41,165 nucleotides of DNA, taken from positions 1 through 41,165 of the forward strand of contig CBDDUX010000059.1 in NCBI GenBank assembly GCA_965234725.1, given 5' to 3'. The first letter of the stretch is position 1. Each line of letters opens with the position of its first letter. The position numbers were made by a program, and so were the translations under genes. Of this stretch, positions 19,099 to 30,541 are shown in pieces. The notes below the pieces were generated by a model, which saw only the letters and a program-made list of their open reading frames with translations, made no database searches and had not been told where the DNA came from. Source of the DNA: Thermoplasmatota archaeon. Its GTDB lineage: Archaea; Thermoplasmatota; Penumbrarchaeia; Penumbrarchaeales; Penumbrarchaeaceae.

Positions 19099-19716
19099 CT
19101 AATCTCCCCTTAGTTCCGATAGTTCGTAGAATTCATATTCAACAACAAGAGAGAACGCATTTCCGTTATCAGTGAAGCCGATGACCCCTATCCTGGGTGC
19201 CCACATACCCGCATCCACCATTGTCACTTCAACTGACCAGGTCTCTCCCTGATAATCACCATTGAGCAACTGGACCATATCTGAGTCCTCGTTCGTTATC
19301 ATCGCTGTAACCGTTCCCTCATTCCCCTGGGGGTTGGAAGCGCTGTCCTTATCTGTGATGTTACCTTCAACATCAGAAACAGATAATGAAAATGTATCAG
19401 GCTGGTTGTCATACCTTCTTATCCTTGGTCTTCCGGAGAGGTCCTGTTCATCGGTCCAGGTAAGTGTTGCCGTGATGTTCTTAACAAGCTTTCCGGCCAG
19501 ATCGAGTTCGAAGGTCTGACTGGCCCCTGCATTCAGATCACCGGAATAACTCTCCGTGGTCGTGTTCATGGGATAACCCTTCAGAATATCCTCAGGGAGA
19601 GAGGACCTTCCCTCTTCTCCCCCTGATATGTTGCTGCCGAATATCAACGCAGTTATTATCATCAAGAAAAGGACCCCGAAACCTACGAAGGTTATCTTCT
19701 TATCATTGCTGTTCAT
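19099..19716 (-). CDS. Hypothetical membrane-anchored extracellular protein
   Basis: Single N-terminal TM followed by an acidic beta-rich domain; 11 bp upstream of the OPT gene. Confidence 0.65.
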   Translation of the reverse strand: MNSNDKKITFVGFGVLFLMIITALIFGSNISGGEEGRSSLPEDILKGYPMNTTTESYSGDLNAGASQTFELDLAGKLVKNITATLTWTDEQDLSGRPRIRRYDNQPDTFSLSVSDVEGNITDKDSASNPQGNEGTVTAMITNEDSDMVQLLNGDYQGETWSVEVTMVDAGMWAPRIGVIGFTDNGNAFSLVVEYEFYELSELRGD

Positions 19717-19873
19717 GGGACCACCACGAGAACCATACTGGGGCTATAACAGGCACGGTTATCGAAGAGATTCCTTATAAACTTTGACCGAGGGGTTCCC
19801 CTCAGATCACTTTCAAAGGTCGGAGCCTCAAATTAGTTGATCTAAGCAAATATCGTGCCTGGCCTGATGTAAA

Positions 19874-22800
19874 TCACTCCTCGCCATCATCCCATTCACC
19901 ATCAACCTCGGTATAATCGATGTCCATCTCCATTTCAGCCTTCTTCTTCTGGGACCTGATGAAGAGCAATCCTGCAATAACAGCAAGCAAGATCACAAGG
20001 ACCGATGCAATGATGAAGATCAATGTGAGGTCGGTCCCGTCGTCGGTTGTTCCATTCTTATTTTCCTTGATCTCAATGGAGTATTCCTTGAAATGGGCCT
20101 CAGGCCCTCCCGGAACACCAATGGAAACCCTCATTGTTCCTTTCATTCCGGTATCAGGAAGAATAAGTTCCACAGACCATATCCCACCTGCATTGACCGT
20201 AGAGGTCCATTCCCTGTCTCCGATGGTCACCTTCACCTCATATCCTGCAGAGTGGTCCGCGGTACCGGAGACCCTGACGCTCTGACCGGTATTCCATCCC
20301 GCATCGGGCTCAGGTATCAAATTGATGGAAGTGAATGAATGGTCCATAGAATAGCTGGTCCCGGTTGAGAACTGTAGCTGGAACGAGGAGGTCAACGGCT
20401 CACCCTGTGATCCGTAAATACCAGGTGCAAGGCTCAAAGTGTAATTCTCGGAAGCTGTAAAGAATGCTTCAATGATCAATTCAGAACCAGATACCCAATG
20501 GAAGGATATTCCGGTCACCGTAGGTGAGATATCCAATGAGCTCTGAACAAGCGACCTGTTCTGTGAGACTCCGAATGATAGTCTAACCTGGACATCCAAA
20601 GCAACATCCTCTGTAATTGTTGGAGAGAGGACCTCTATGGTTATTTCGGGAGGCAGGACCCTGAACGAAGTTGTGTTCCCAACCGGGAACATGGGTATCC
20701 CTCCCTTCTGCATAAGACCTTTAGATACGGTCACACGATATACCGTGTTCCTATCCAGAGAGGAGAAGGGATCGAAAGTAACTGTCTTGTTCCCATTTGA
20801 TGAGGTGAAGATCCCGGTCAATGGAGCGCTCATTCCTTCTTTCACTACCTTCAAAACATCGGACCAGTTACCCGGAACCATCGGTTCCAGGGTAAATGAG
20901 AAGATAATATTGGTCTCAGGGTCCACATCCATGGAGCCTGGAATTGGAGAGACCGAGTACCATCCTGAAAGTGGAAGGATAGTTAGTTCACCAATATTCA
21001 CAAGTGATCCCGGAGTGATAGTGATCTCCTTCTGGAATAGGGAATACCCCATATCGGTCATGTTGACGATCAACTTCCCCGTAAGTGACAGCGTGGAGAG
21101 ATCAATTGAGATATTCAGGTTTCCCTCATCATCTGTGTAACCGATCTGATCCTGGAACCGGACCTCGAGATCTTCCAGGGGTTTACCCTCTAGAAGAACC
21201 TTACCTACTATGTACGATAGTGGAAGCAGAGGTGTCGAGAACTTGTAAATAAGGTCCTCCCATAGGACTGGTTCGCTTCCATTCAGTGCCAGAAGTCCGT
21301 CGTCCACAATAAGTTCCATATCACTTTCAAGTGGTAGATTGCCCTGGACCCTGACAAGATATGAATCCTGGACCGATCCTGTTTGGGGTGGGAAAAGTGG
21401 CACTTCAGAGATCCTTTCTCCATCCTGGAGCTTCCATAACGATACCACAAGTGTCTGGAAATCGATAGGTTCGGGCATGAGCAATAGGAAGTCGGATGAC
21501 GGGTCTGCAAAACCCGGAGCGACCTCCTCGGTAAGCTGCACTATTATCGGGGGGTCATCCTCGAAAAGTTCAATGGAGAGATTTCCTGTCCCACCTTCCG
21601 GTATGAGTGCAATATCTATCCTGGGTGAATAATGATCGGCACCAACTCTCAGGTTGACATTTCCGGACCTTACTCTTTCAAAGTAAGCTACACCAGTGGA
21701 ATTGGTGGTCATATTCATTTCATCCTGGGAGAGAAGTGATGAGAGTACCTTGACCCATGCGCCTTCGAATGGGCTACCATCAGATGTGACAGTAACCCTC
21801 ATGGATCCGTGGGATAGAGGAGCGATCGAAATGTTCCCTAGGTCGAGATCATCCCCTCTCTTTACATCAATATCAGCAACGGACACACCATCGTACAGGT
21901 AGGAATCATCGATCCTTAGGTCATGTAGACCAGGGATCACAACTGGAAAATGGAAGATACCATCTGGATCGGATATGGCCGTTTGGTCCACTAATTCCAC
22001 AGAGATACCCTGAACTGGCATACCTGAACCGGTCTCCAGGATCCTTCCTTGGACGATCCCGGGTCTGAGCTCTGTATGGAAATTCACATCCATATTCCTC
22101 CATAATTGGTTCCATCCTCCCTGCGACCTGATACTTCTGAGTATATAGAGAATATAATCCGAATCATATTCCATTTGTTCATCAGGAACGATCCTCACTT
22201 TATCGTTCCCCGTCCCTACTGACACTATCGAGAACGGGACCGGTGTTCCCAGGCCATCTTCGAACATGTAATTCGACTTGGAAGTGATCGAGGATGGGTC
22301 CATGGCCGTTTGGAAGTTGATCAAAACCCCTTCTGTAATGTTTGCGGTTTGAGATCCTGGAGAAGGAGTCGTCAAGAATGGCCATGGTTTTTCAGTCAGA
22401 TTGAACTCAAGGACAGTCATTGTCCCCTCGGCCACCGCCCCAATGTTCTCAGAAACCGTTGAGGAGAGGTCAAGGAAATTCACCCTGGTGCCCTCTATGA
22501 TGATATCATCCGCCCTTACATTATTGTAGACCACTTCACCGGCACTATCAGTGACCTTTACCTTGTTGAATGGGATCGGTGGAGGGCCAGGTGGATGATC
22601 CAATGTTACCGTTACATCTTCCAACGGTTCCCCGGAGGTCTTGTTCAATATCCTGACCGTAACATCTCCGGTTGCGGTCGGTGTCATCTCGAGAGCGCCA
22701 TCAGGAACTTGGGCCTCATCTCCCTTTTCAATGTGGTTAGCAAGGATGTAAGACCCTTTGGAAACATCGAGATAATATGTCCTGAAAATCGTGACAGAAT

Positions 22801-23110
22801 ATTTATCCAGCAAATAATCAGGTGGTAAGGCTGTGGCATTTGAGTCCACTGTAATATTGAATTGACCTGTAGCATTCGTTGTCCCATTGAAGTACATCGT
22901 AAAGGGATTTGAACCAGCGCCCATGGGAGTATTGATCGTTCTACATGAAACCTTGATCCCAGAGGTCCCATTGACTACCTTGCCGACAATATAAGCATCC
23001 TGCATGTTTATCGGTATGTCATTTTCACCTTCAACGGTCATTATCAATGCCGATCCGGCAGTTAGGACGATCATGATCATCGCAATCATCGATATTGCTT
23101 TCATATCCAT
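19874..23110 (-). CDS. Large surface protein with Ig-like (Big_5/carboxypeptidase-regulatory-like) repeats, C-terminal TM and short acidic tail
   Basis: Signal peptide; repeated GxVxGxV...G.P..G..V units; TM LIFIIASVLVILLAVIAGLLFI. Confidence 0.8.
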   Translation of the reverse strand: MDMKAISMIAMIMIVLTAGSALIMTVEGENDIPINMQDAYIVGKVVNGTSGIKVSCRTINTPMGAGSNPFTMYFNGTTNATGQFNITVDSNATALPPDYLLDKYSVTIFRTYYLDVSKGSYILANHIEKGDEAQVPDGALEMTPTATGDVTVRILNKTSGEPLEDVTVTLDHPPGPPPIPFNKVKVTDSAGEVVYNNVRADDIIIEGTRVNFLDLSSTVSENIGAVAEGTMTVLEFNLTEKPWPFLTTPSPGSQTANITEGVLINFQTAMDPSSITSKSNYMFEDGLGTPVPFSIVSVGTGNDKVRIVPDEQMEYDSDYILYILRSIRSQGGWNQLWRNMDVNFHTELRPGIVQGRILETGSGMPVQGISVELVDQTAISDPDGIFHFPVVIPGLHDLRIDDSYLYDGVSVADIDVKRGDDLDLGNISIAPLSHGSMRVTVTSDGSPFEGAWVKVLSSLLSQDEMNMTTNSTGVAYFERVRSGNVNLRVGADHYSPRIDIALIPEGGTGNLSIELFEDDPPIIVQLTEEVAPGFADPSSDFLLLMPEPIDFQTLVVSLWKLQDGERISEVPLFPPQTGSVQDSYLVRVQGNLPLESDMELIVDDGLLALNGSEPVLWEDLIYKFSTPLLPLSYIVGKVLLEGKPLEDLEVRFQDQIGYTDDEGNLNISIDLSTLSLTGKLIVNMTDMGYSLFQKEITITPGSLVNIGELTILPLSGWYSVSPIPGSMDVDPETNIIFSFTLEPMVPGNWSDVLKVVKEGMSAPLTGIFTSSNGNKTVTFDPFSSLDRNTVYRVTVSKGLMQKGGIPMFPVGNTTSFRVLPPEITIEVLSPTITEDVALDVQVRLSFGVSQNRSLVQSSLDISPTVTGISFHWVSGSELIIEAFFTASENYTLSLAPGIYGSQGEPLTSSFQLQFSTGTSYSMDHSFTSINLIPEPDAGWNTGQSVRVSGTADHSAGYEVKVTIGDREWTSTVNAGGIWSVELILPDTGMKGTMRVSIGVPGGPEAHFKEYSIEIKENKNGTTDDGTDLTLIFIIASVLVILLAVIAGLLFIRSQKKKAEMEMDIDYTEVDGEWDDGEE

Positions 23111-23191
23111 CTTCTCACCTCGATTTCTTCATGAAACTTAAAAAAAAATAAAAAAGGCCGCAGGTGATCACCTGCGGCATGATAAAGAGGA

Positions 23192-26100
23192 TCAATCCTC
23201 CTCTTCCACTTCTTCCATCTCATCATCTTCTTCCAGCTCGAGTTCTTCATCGTCTTCCTCTTCGAGCTCGATGTCCTCATCGTCCGAGTCATCCTCAAGT
23301 TCCATCTGGTCCTGGTCCGAGAAGTCGTATCCGCATTCCGAACACTCCTCATCCTCAGGTTCAAGCATGGAACCGCATTTTGGACATTTATAGGCCTGCT
23401 CTTCGAACTCGGCTCCGCAATGGGGACAGACAGTGTCGTCGTCACCAACAAGGTGATGGCACTCAGGACATTCGAACTCCTCTTTCAGTTCTTCCTCGAT
23501 ATCCTTCTTCCTTGATTGGGCTATAAGGAAGACCGCCAGGATCGCTATGAGGATGACAATTGCCCCAATCACAATGAAAACCCAGAGTATACTACCTGGA
23601 TCACTTGAATCATCCTTCACGACCTCGAGGTTCAACGGGAACTCATCCAGCAGGACTATGGGATCCTTTGAGGGATCATATACTCTTATCAAAGCCTTGT
23701 AATCCCCTCTTTTATAATTCTCAGTATCGAGTGTAACCTGCCTGTCCTTCTCTCCCTTGGCTAGAGTTACATTCGCTTTTTCCACATAGTTTCCGGATCC
23801 CCTCACTTCTTCGATCAGGATCGCTACCTTAATACCTATTCCCAGAGGATTTTCCAGAGTTACAACCATTTTTGCTCCGGCCTTAAATGTCTCAGGCCAA
23901 TTTGGGACGACAGGAACATTGATCATCACGGGGACCGTGGTGAAGTAAACAAGGAAATCATCCTTTATCATGGCACCAGAACTGGTTCCGGCCCCATATT
24001 TTCCAGGTGATAGACTGATCAGGTATTCTGTACTTCCCATGAGCCTGTCATGGTCAATTTCGACCTTCTGGTCATCCAAGGACCATGTGAAGCTGAGGTT
24101 ACCTACAGCTTCTCCGGATAAGACCCCCTTCATTTCAAACGAGTTCTCGATCTTTGTTTTATCCATTGAATAGTTGGTGAAGAAAATGGATATCGGTGTG
24201 TCAACCGGAACATTGTTCAGTATATTGGAAGATGGGGTTTGGAGAATAACCTCGATGGGTTTGAACTCGGTCTTTATCTGGACCACTTCACCCCTGGGGA
24301 GTGCGAAGGACCCGTTGATGTCCTTCAGTTCACGGAAGAACTCATCCTGGAATTCAGCACCCACTGACAGCGTGTAGATCTTGTCGTTGTCAAGGATTTC
24401 AATCGGGTCCACAATGACCGTCTTTCCATCGTCGGAAACCGAGATGTTAAGGTCCATTTCCGGATTCCTCAGTGTGAAATTGTCCACGAAGGTCTCCATA
24501 TCCGAATGGTCAAGTGATACCTTGAACTTTATAGTGAAAGTGCCGGTGACCGGCATCCTTCCTTCATCATCCTTGGGATAAAGGACCTGGAACCAATCTG
24601 GAAGTCTGGTAAGTTCGAAATCCGCTCCTTCTCTGGATCCTCCAGAGTTAAGAGTTATTGGCCCGTACATCCCTGTAGAGAGACCAACCTTCGTCCCATC
24701 AGCCCTAACAGTTATGTTCATCAAAGTGAAATCATTGTGTTTGATCGGGATTGCATAACCACCGTTCTCAGAGGTGGTCCCCGTGGCTTTTACAACACCA
24801 TTTTGGAGGACCTCAACCTTGACCCCACCTACACCTCTTCCCCTTGTGCTAACGGTCCCAACAACAGTAGAATCCTTCAAAGCCTCGGTCTCTACAGAAA
24901 GAGTGAAATCCCTCCAGAGAGGATTTTCCCCGGTAAGGGTTGCAACACTCTCATCAATGAAGATCGTATAGTTCGAATCGTATGCCAGGAAATCCCTGGG
25001 AACAAGTGACCATCTTGAAGCATCTCCGGGTGTTGATTCTATATCAATGGCCACCACATTGTTATCCTCGTTGAGGATCTTTAGATTGTCAGTGGTAATC
25101 GTATCAATATTCATATCGTAAGATGGACCGAGTTTCTCCTTAAACTCGATCTGTATCTTGGAGTCAACAGGTATTATTGTTCCAGGAGAGAGATCCGTGG
25201 TGAAATCCGTCCTTGCCTTCAAAACCACTGGAAGTTCTTTTTCATAGATCTTCTTGGTAACCATTACCGGATCAATGGTCCCATTCGTGATGGTCATTGC
25301 ATCATTTTTATAATTGGGGTAGGTAATTGTGAAACCTGAATCCCTTTCCATCAATATCTCATTGAATACAACCTTACCAAGCAGGTCAGTAGTCTTTGAT
25401 TCCAAAGTAGCAGAATGTGTCACTATTGCACCAAAGAGGGGGGTGTCATCCTCACCTACAATGGTGATGATGGCTGACCTTACTGGCCTCTTTGTCACAT
25501 GAAGTCCCAAAACATCGATCGTCTGTCCTCTTTCAACCTCTATTTCGGACACACTGTTTCCTTCATACAAATACTCCTCATTTCCTCCAACGGTCGGACC
25601 GCTGACAGTGATGGTATGTCCGCCCACAGTGGGAAGGACCGAATTGAACTGATAGAATCCATTGACCAAAAACTGGGGTAAGCTCGAATCAAGACGGATC
25701 ATTGATCCTGCCGGTGCTGGATTCGAAGTACCATTGATAGTGACCTGACATCTGAGGACACCCGGGGCAAGCTGGGTGGTAAAATTGAACCTGAAGGTCC
25801 TCCATAGCTGTGGATACCCGGTGGTGTTCTTTACAAGAGGTGTGACGAGTACCTCATATTCGGCATTATATTCAAGATCCTCATTGGGTCTTATCTTGCA
25901 GATCCGGGATGTGGGCCACTGGTACGTGATATTGACCTTCTCCCCCGAAACCTCCTTGAGGTAAAGAGTATCCATACCAACCGATGCTTGGTCTATATCA
26001 TCGAAGAACTCAACGAACACATCATTGGGAACCCTGTCCTTTTCCACCGGTATACCCGTATTCATTTCTGAGGATGGAGCGGAGCTCCTGACCAGAGGAT

Positions 26101-26869
26101 TTTCATCAATGGTCAATGTGTAATGTGTAGTGCTGTTAACATAAAGGGGCAGATATGCAACATCGCTCCCGTTTCCATTATTGAATGTGAAGTTGTCCTT
26201 TAATATATACACCTTCACAAGGTTGTTCTGACCCAGGTAGCTATCAAGTCCCAATTGTATATTGTCGAATCTTACGTTTCCGGTTGCATCAGTGAAATTT
26301 CCGCTCTCAGCGGTATTGTGCCAAACATGCTTATCGAACCTGAAGGACACTCCTTCAAGAGGTTGTCCAGAGCTACCATTCAGGATAGTCATGCTGATGT
26401 TCCCGAATACACCCTTGTGATAACCAAGAGTACTATTTGGAATATAATATATAGATGAAGGCCATGGATTTGGATTTGTTACCAGAACGCCCAGAGCACC
26501 TCCTGTCTCGTTCCATCCATAACAATCATCTAGGGTGAATGTCCAAGGTGCATTGGGATCATGAGTTGAGATATCCAAAAATGCTGAAAAATTACCTGGG
26601 GAGGTTGCATTCAAATTTATGGTAGCCGCAACAGGTGGTAGACTATTTGGTGGTGGAATGGGAGCCTTACCTGTAATATTCAAGCCGTAAACACTCGGGA
26701 CACCATCCGGATTCGAAAGGTTAAGACCATCTATCCATCCACCAAAGGACCTCCATACTGCCCTTGTAGGCATCCCATCTGCTTCAATATCCTCATCTGC
26801 CATTAAAACCATCGAGCTTAACAGGATTGTAATAACCAACCCCACGATCATGACCCTTCTCATCTTCAC
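23192..26869 (-). CDS. Large surface protein with Ig-like repeats, TM, double zinc ribbon and acidic tail
   Basis: GTG start, signal peptide; LWR.F motif shared with the neighbouring paralog; TM; CPEC, CPHC, CPKC, CSEC; D/E tail. Confidence 0.82.
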   Translation of the reverse strand: MKMRRVMIVGLVITILLSSMVLMADEDIEADGMPTRAVWRSFGGWIDGLNLSNPDGVPSVYGLNITGKAPIPPPNSLPPVAATINLNATSPGNFSAFLDISTHDPNAPWTFTLDDCYGWNETGGALGVLVTNPNPWPSSIYYIPNSTLGYHKGVFGNISMTILNGSSGQPLEGVSFRFDKHVWHNTAESGNFTDATGNVRFDNIQLGLDSYLGQNNLVKVYILKDNFTFNNGNGSDVAYLPLYVNSTTHYTLTIDENPLVRSSAPSSEMNTGIPVEKDRVPNDVFVEFFDDIDQASVGMDTLYLKEVSGEKVNITYQWPTSRICKIRPNEDLEYNAEYEVLVTPLVKNTTGYPQLWRTFRFNFTTQLAPGVLRCQVTINGTSNPAPAGSMIRLDSSLPQFLVNGFYQFNSVLPTVGGHTITVSGPTVGGNEEYLYEGNSVSEIEVERGQTIDVLGLHVTKRPVRSAIITIVGEDDTPLFGAIVTHSATLESKTTDLLGKVVFNEILMERDSGFTITYPNYKNDAMTITNGTIDPVMVTKKIYEKELPVVLKARTDFTTDLSPGTIIPVDSKIQIEFKEKLGPSYDMNIDTITTDNLKILNEDNNVVAIDIESTPGDASRWSLVPRDFLAYDSNYTIFIDESVATLTGENPLWRDFTLSVETEALKDSTVVGTVSTRGRGVGGVKVEVLQNGVVKATGTTSENGGYAIPIKHNDFTLMNITVRADGTKVGLSTGMYGPITLNSGGSREGADFELTRLPDWFQVLYPKDDEGRMPVTGTFTIKFKVSLDHSDMETFVDNFTLRNPEMDLNISVSDDGKTVIVDPIEILDNDKIYTLSVGAEFQDEFFRELKDINGSFALPRGEVVQIKTEFKPIEVILQTPSSNILNNVPVDTPISIFFTNYSMDKTKIENSFEMKGVLSGEAVGNLSFTWSLDDQKVEIDHDRLMGSTEYLISLSPGKYGAGTSSGAMIKDDFLVYFTTVPVMINVPVVPNWPETFKAGAKMVVTLENPLGIGIKVAILIEEVRGSGNYVEKANVTLAKGEKDRQVTLDTENYKRGDYKALIRVYDPSKDPIVLLDEFPLNLEVVKDDSSDPGSILWVFIVIGAIVILIAILAVFLIAQSRKKDIEEELKEEFECPECHHLVGDDDTVCPHCGAEFEEQAYKCPKCGSMLEPEDEECSECGYDFSDQDQMELEDDSDDEDIELEEEDDEELELEEDDEMEEVEEED

Positions 26870-27090
26870 ACCTTCCTTTTGGTAATACCTTCATTCCTTC
26901 TCCTTTCAGATTTTTTTCCCATCAGGAGACCATTTCGAATGAATGACATTACTTGAAGTATACCTTATTTAAGGTTTCCGTTGGAATTCTCCGAAATATA
27001 TCAATTTTTCTGTTAAAATGAGATGAATTCTTCTCAATAATGAAAAAGACCATGGATAAGTTCAAATATTTTTGAATACATTCAATACTT

Positions 27091-27534
27091 ATGAAATATA
27101 CAGGATCTAGCAAGAGTAAGAAAACCACTATAGATCATGATATTCAAATAGTATTAAGCAACCTTAACATATTAAAAGATGAATTAAGGATATCCATATT
27201 GAACATTCTCCAAAAACAAGAAAGCAAGGGTTTGAGCTTCAGTTCTATTTCGAAGGAGACATCGATCAGGCCAACCACCCTTGCTTATCACCTTAAGGTC
27301 CTGAAAAAGGCGGGTCTTGTCGAAAAGGGATTCAAGCAGGCATCAGAGGGACGTGATTACACCTGTTATACGATCACTGAAAAAGGATCGTCCGTATTTT
27401 CTTTGAGGGAAATAGTCAAGATGGGGACTGACCAGGTCCAAAAAGGCATCCATCCTGCAGATATCCCGATCTCGATCAAGGTCATACCTATGAGTTCGGG
27501 ATCCATGATCATTGATATTGCGGAGATGATATAA
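27091..27534 (+). CDS. ArsR-like winged-HTH regulator
   Basis: LRISILNIL...LSFSSI...TLAYHLKVLKKAGLV...YTITEKG. Confidence 0.8.
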   Translation: MKYTGSSKSKKTTIDHDIQIVLSNLNILKDELRISILNILQKQESKGLSFSSISKETSIRPTTLAYHLKVLKKAGLVEKGFKQASEGRDYTCYTITEKGSSVFSLREIVKMGTDQVQKGIHPADIPISIKVIPMSSGSMIIDIAEMI

Positions 27535-27890
27535 TGACCACACAAGGAAAACGAACAAGCGAGGTAAGGCTTGCCAGGAGCCCGGATCACAGGAGTCATT
27601 ATATAATCGGGGCGATCCCGCAGTGGACAGAAGATGATCTCAGACTCCATTTGTATAACGAGGTCATAGAAGAAGAGGGAGGGCCCCTTTTCGTTACAAC
27701 TACCCAATTGATCATTCCAAGAACTGCTCTTCCAAGGATCCTGGAAGCTCTGAAAACTGCTGTAAGGAACGACGGCAAGGTCGTAGTTCCGGAAGCAAAG
27801 TTATTCTCGGACCTCACAGCAGCGATCGATGGGAGCATACAGGAAAGGAAGGCTGCTAAAAAGAAGGTCCAAAAGATAAGGAGAAAATAA
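27534..27890 (+). CDS. Hypothetical protein (DUF3467-like), coupled to the HTH gene
   Basis: TAATG overlap; short beta-rich domain with a basic tail. Confidence 0.5.
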   Translation: MTTQGKRTSEVRLARSPDHRSHYIIGAIPQWTEDDLRLHLYNEVIEEEGGPLFVTTTQLIIPRTALPRILEALKTAVRNDGKVVVPEAKLFSDLTAAIDGSIQERKAAKKKVQKIRRK

Positions 27891-27923
27891 AGGGCCGAAG
27901 GTATGAATTGGATATGTCCAATT

Positions 27924-28286
27924 TCAACCTGTCAAGCTGGATTCGACCGAATTTCGGATAGTATCGATATCTGCTGGCTTTTCCAGAAAGTTGAGGATAC
28001 CCAGTTCTCTTACCCTATCCTTGACCGATTCATCCGCTGTTAGGAACAATATCCTCTGATCTTTGTTCTGATCAAGGATCTTCTCAGCCAGATCGGTCCC
28101 TGACATTATCGGCATCCTGTGATCGATTATTATCAGATCTGGAAGAGGATCGAGGTTCTGATATGTTTTCAAGGCCATTTCACCGTTCAAGGATTGTGCA
28201 ACCACCTTATGGCCCATGTCTTCAAGAATAATGGCCATGAGCTGCTGAATGGTCGGTTCATCATCTACTATCATTATATTGGCCAT
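27924..28286 (-). CDS. Stand-alone response regulator receiver (CheY-like)
   Basis: IMIVDDE, DLIIIDHRMPIMSG, FLTAD, EKP. Confidence 0.9.
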   Translation of the reverse strand: MANIMIVDDEPTIQQLMAIILEDMGHKVVAQSLNGEMALKTYQNLDPLPDLIIIDHRMPIMSGTDLAEKILDQNKDQRILFLTADESVKDRVRELGILNFLEKPADIDTIRNSVESSLTG

Positions 28287-28397
28287 TTGAAAAACCCCTT
28301 CGCCCTCGCAATTACTATGGTTGATTGTATGATACATTAATTAAACCTATCCACATATTATCGATACTGATATCGCTTCTTTCTTAAAAGAGATATA

Positions 28398-30170
28398 TTA
28401 CAATGATGTGATCTCTTCCTTGATCTCCTTGTCAACCGCATCAATTAGAGAAGAGAAATCCTTGTTATCCATTTTGGCCATTCTTGATATTGAGACCCTG
28501 CACTTTGCAGACCTGATCCTATCCACGGAAACTCCTCTCTTTACAGCTGTTTGTGCAAATTTGTCGAATACAAGGATCGATCTGAGCATTCGCACTTGCT
28601 TTCCTTCGGGACAGAAAGAATCCACTTCATGGAAAGCATTCTGCTGAAGGAAATCCTCCCGTATCATCCTTGTTGTCTCAAGGGTCACCTGTTGAGAAGG
28701 TGGAAGGGCATCTGGTCCCACCAATTGGATTATCTCGTTCAACTCCGATTCTTCCTGAAGAAGTGCCATTGCGTCATTCCTCATCTTCAACCAATCAGGG
28801 GAAATGGAATCCTTCCACCAATCTTCGACCTTATCAAGGTAGAGTGAGTATGATTTCAACCAATTGATGGATGGAAAATGCCTTTTGTCTGCAAGATTGG
28901 AATCCAGGGCCCAGAATACCTTGACTATCCGAAGAGTGTTCTGTGTGACAGGTTCCGAGAAATCTCCACCGGGGGGTGAGACTGCCCCGATAACGGAGAT
29001 GGAACCATCCCTATTATCGGTACCAATACATTGAACGGAACCAGCTCTTTCATAGAAGTTGGCCAGTCTGCTTGCGAGGTAGGCGGGGTATCCTTCTTCA
29101 CCAGGCATCTCCTCAAGCCTTCCAGATATTTCCCTTAGAGCTTCTGCCCATCGGGAAGTGGAATCAGCCATAAGGGCTACATCATACCCCATGTCCCTGT
29201 AATATTCCGCAATTGTGATCCCTGTATAAACAGAAGCTTCCCTGGCAGCAACCGGCATATTGGACGTGTTGGCTATCAGGACGGTCCTTGACATCAGAGG
29301 CTCCCCGGTCCTTGGATCTTCCAGATGAGGGAATTCTCTCAGAACATCGGTCATCTCGTTGCCCCTCTCCCCGCATCCAATGTATACGATAACATCCGCA
29401 TCGGACCATTTGGCAAGTTGATGCTGGGTAACCGTCTTTCCGGTTCCGAAGCCACCAGGAATGGCAGCCGTCCCTCCCTTTGCAATGGGGAAGAAAGTAT
29501 CCAGTATCCTCTGGCCAGTGACAAGAGGTACCGAAGGATCCTTCTTCAGAATGAAAGGTCTGGAAGCCCTTACAGGCCATTTCTGCATCATGGACATCTC
29601 ATGTATTCCATTTGACCCTTCGATCGTGCATACGATCTGATCAATATTGAAATGACCCTCGGATTCAATGGATGTTACCTTACCCTCAAAGTTGGGAGGG
29701 ACAAGGATAATATGCTTCAAAGTGGAAGATTCCTGGACCCAGCCCACACCATCCCCACCCTTGATCCGATCGCCGATCTTCACAGTGGGATGGAATGGCC
29801 ATTTTCTATCATGATCAAGAGGTCTGACGTTCACACCCCTGGCAATGAAATCCCCCGTCTGCTTCTGAATGGATTCCAGAGGTCTTTGGATCCCGTCGTA
29901 TATCATGGACATCAATCCCGGACCAAGCTCCACTGAGAGGGGTTCATCCGATCTCACAACGATCTCCCCAGGAGCGATCCCGGCAGTCTCCTCGTAGACC
30001 TGGATGGTTGCAATATCGTCCTCAAGGCCGATTATCTCTCCCATGAGCTTCTGATCGCCCACATAGACTACGTCGTACATCTTCGAACCGCGCATTCCCT
30101 TGGCCTTCACCACAGGGCCTGCTATCATGTTGATGTAGCCATGGTCCTTGTCATCTTTTTCCTCGCTCAT
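28398..30170 (-). CDS. atpA: A-type ATP synthase subunit A
   Basis: [43 protein letters not shown]; no intein. Confidence 0.98.
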   Translation of the reverse strand: MSEEKDDKDHGYINMIAGPVVKAKGMRGSKMYDVVYVGDQKLMGEIIGLEDDIATIQVYEETAGIAPGEIVVRSDEPLSVELGPGLMSMIYDGIQRPLESIQKQTGDFIARGVNVRPLDHDRKWPFHPTVKIGDRIKGGDGVGWVQESSTLKHIILVPPNFEGKVTSIESEGHFNIDQIVCTIEGSNGIHEMSMMQKWPVRASRPFILKKDPSVPLVTGQRILDTFFPIAKGGTAAIPGGFGTGKTVTQHQLAKWSDADVIVYIGCGERGNEMTDVLREFPHLEDPRTGEPLMSRTVLIANTSNMPVAAREASVYTGITIAEYYRDMGYDVALMADSTSRWAEALREISGRLEEMPGEEGYPAYLASRLANFYERAGSVQCIGTDNRDGSISVIGAVSPPGGDFSEPVTQNTLRIVKVFWALDSNLADKRHFPSINWLKSYSLYLDKVEDWWKDSISPDWLKMRNDAMALLQEESELNEIIQLVGPDALPPSQQVTLETTRMIREDFLQQNAFHEVDSFCPEGKQVRMLRSILVFDKFAQTAVKRGVSVDRIRSAKCRVSISRMAKMDNKDFSSLIDAVDKEIKEEITSL

Positions 30171-30196
30171 CCGGTCACCTCCTAAATGATCGTCAA

Positions 30197-30541
30197 CTAC
30201 TGTTCTCCTTCAATTGTATGAACGTTCTTTGAAGGGTCCATTCCTATAGCCCTTTTTATTAATTCGGAGGCCCTTCTATCCTCTTCCTCACCGGGAATAA
30301 TCACTGTGACCGGAAGCATATCACCGGTCACTCTTCTTTCGAAAAGCTCCTTCGAAAGGACCTCCCCGCATTCTTTTGAGAGGATCATCACACCCACCCT
30401 TTCCTCCAATCTCTGGGCATACCATCTTTTTAGGTCCTCATTATCTTCTCCGATATTATGGATGAAAATATCGTTGATCCCGGCCAGGGAGAGGCCAAGG
30501 GCGATCTCCTCTGATACGGCTGCACAGATCCCCCCGGTCAT
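30197..30541 (-). CDS. atpF: A-type ATP synthase subunit F
   Basis: GLSLAGI...LIKRAIG; operon position. Confidence 0.85.
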   Translation of the reverse strand: MTGGICAAVSEEIALGLSLAGINDIFIHNIGEDNEDLKRWYAQRLEERVGVMILSKECGEVLSKELFERRVTGDMLPVTVIIPGEEEDRRASELIKRAIGMDPSKNVHTIEGEQ

